Part shown: positions 63,341 through 64,000 of the stretch, piece by piece | Layout of the letters: each line of letters opens with the position of its first letter | Position numbering within the stretch: the first letter of the stretch is position 1 | Origin: Sphaerodactylus townsendi | Taxonomy: Eukaryota | Assembly: GCF_021028975.2 (NCBI RefSeq) | Contig: NC_059428.1 | Coordinates: 47,678,001 to 47,742,000, forward strand | Length of the DNA: 64,000 bases | Direction of reading: 5' to 3' | Program-made: the position numbers and the translations under genes | Notes under the pieces: generated by a model | Database searches by the model: none | Told to the model about the DNA's origin: nothing | The model's input: the letters and a program-made list of their open reading frames with translations, nothing else

Positions 63341-63624
63341 ATACTGAATCCCCGTTGCAATGGAATCAGTAACATTGGTAATGCAATATCTTTTATTTGG
63401 ACTAGCTAAAACAAGAAGTAGTGATCAAGCTTTTAGATTTTTTGATAACATAGCGGATAGGCCTTTAAGATGCCTTCCTTAACTAGAAGAGAGAAAAATC
63501 ACCAAACTGGTCCATTGAGCAAGATGACTCCAGGTTGCTGCAGGAAGATACATCTTGGAATACTTTCCTAAATAAAGCAAGTTTAAAATGCATGCATCAA
63601 GAAGAGCAGTTCAACCCTATCTGC

Positions 63625-63810
63625 TGAGAGCCAGAACGGCTAATGGTTAAGTGCAGGTGAACTCTAATATGGAGAACCAGGTTTGATTCTCCACTACACC
63701 GAATGAGCTGCAGAGTCTTCTGCTGAACCAGATTCGTGCCCCCACTCCTCCATTCCTGTTGGTTACCCTTGGGGTAGTCACAGTTTCTCTCAGCCCCATC
63801 TATCTAATAA
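63625..63810 (+). mobile_element. Diverged Squam3-like tRNA SINE, followed by a hAT MITE left end (~63814 onward)
   Basis: GGCTAATGGTTAAG...CTAATATGGAGAACCAGGTTTGATTC...CCTTGGGGTAGTCACAG, then GTGTCAAACTC...GGGCCACATCCAGCCC. Confidence 0.6.
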
Positions 63811-64000
63811 GGCGCATGTGTCAAACTCACAGCCTGGGCCACATCCAGCCCTTCATACAATTCTAACCGGCCTGTGGATACTAACACACACTTAAAATCC
63901 CATTGCCTGGCCCCAGTCCCAGACGCCGTTTGGTGGGTGTGCTCAGGAGCCTGTTGTGCATTTTGAAAAGCAGGAAGAACGTATTTGCATACAAAATTTG

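Noticed and set aside
61900-64000. Start of a downstream neighbour such as NSUN3 or DHFR2
   Set aside because: No recognisable coding exon or CpG promoter; only repeat fragments are seen.

Overview
Vertebrate genomic DNA from a squamate reptile, probably a gecko-like lizard (inferred from Sauria-SINE and Squam3-like SINEs, L2, Rex1 and hAT/Harbinger MITE content). It contains the conserved PROS1 / ARL13B / STX19 locus. The signal-peptide first coding exon of PROS1 is on the minus strand (1717-1786), head-to-head with ARL13B on the plus strand. ARL13B has a CCAAT/E-box/X-box promoter at ~4100-4450, a probable non-coding first exon, and 10 coding exons from 6443 to 59795. STX19 (single coding exon, minus strand, 22171-23052) is nested antisense in the ~22 kb intron after ARL13B coding exon 3. 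Nine ARL13B coding exons are clean, but coding exon 7 has a stop and several frameshifts. The next intron holds a ~6.7 kb Ngaro-type tyrosine-recombinase retrotransposon with split direct repeats (A1-ORFs-B1-A2-B2) and the same indel-rich texture, so an assembly or read-error explanation for exon 7 is favoured. Other points: two tandem arrays built from hairpin/palindromic units, a uORF-rich ARL13B leader, a tRNA/5S/Sauria-tail composite SINE, several MITEs with visible target-site duplications, and a speculative alternative last exon encoding a hydrophobic tail. Most ORFs in the supplied track are chance or repeat-derived. I found no well-supported wholly new gene system. Gene and repeat identifications come from recalled family motifs, not database searches.
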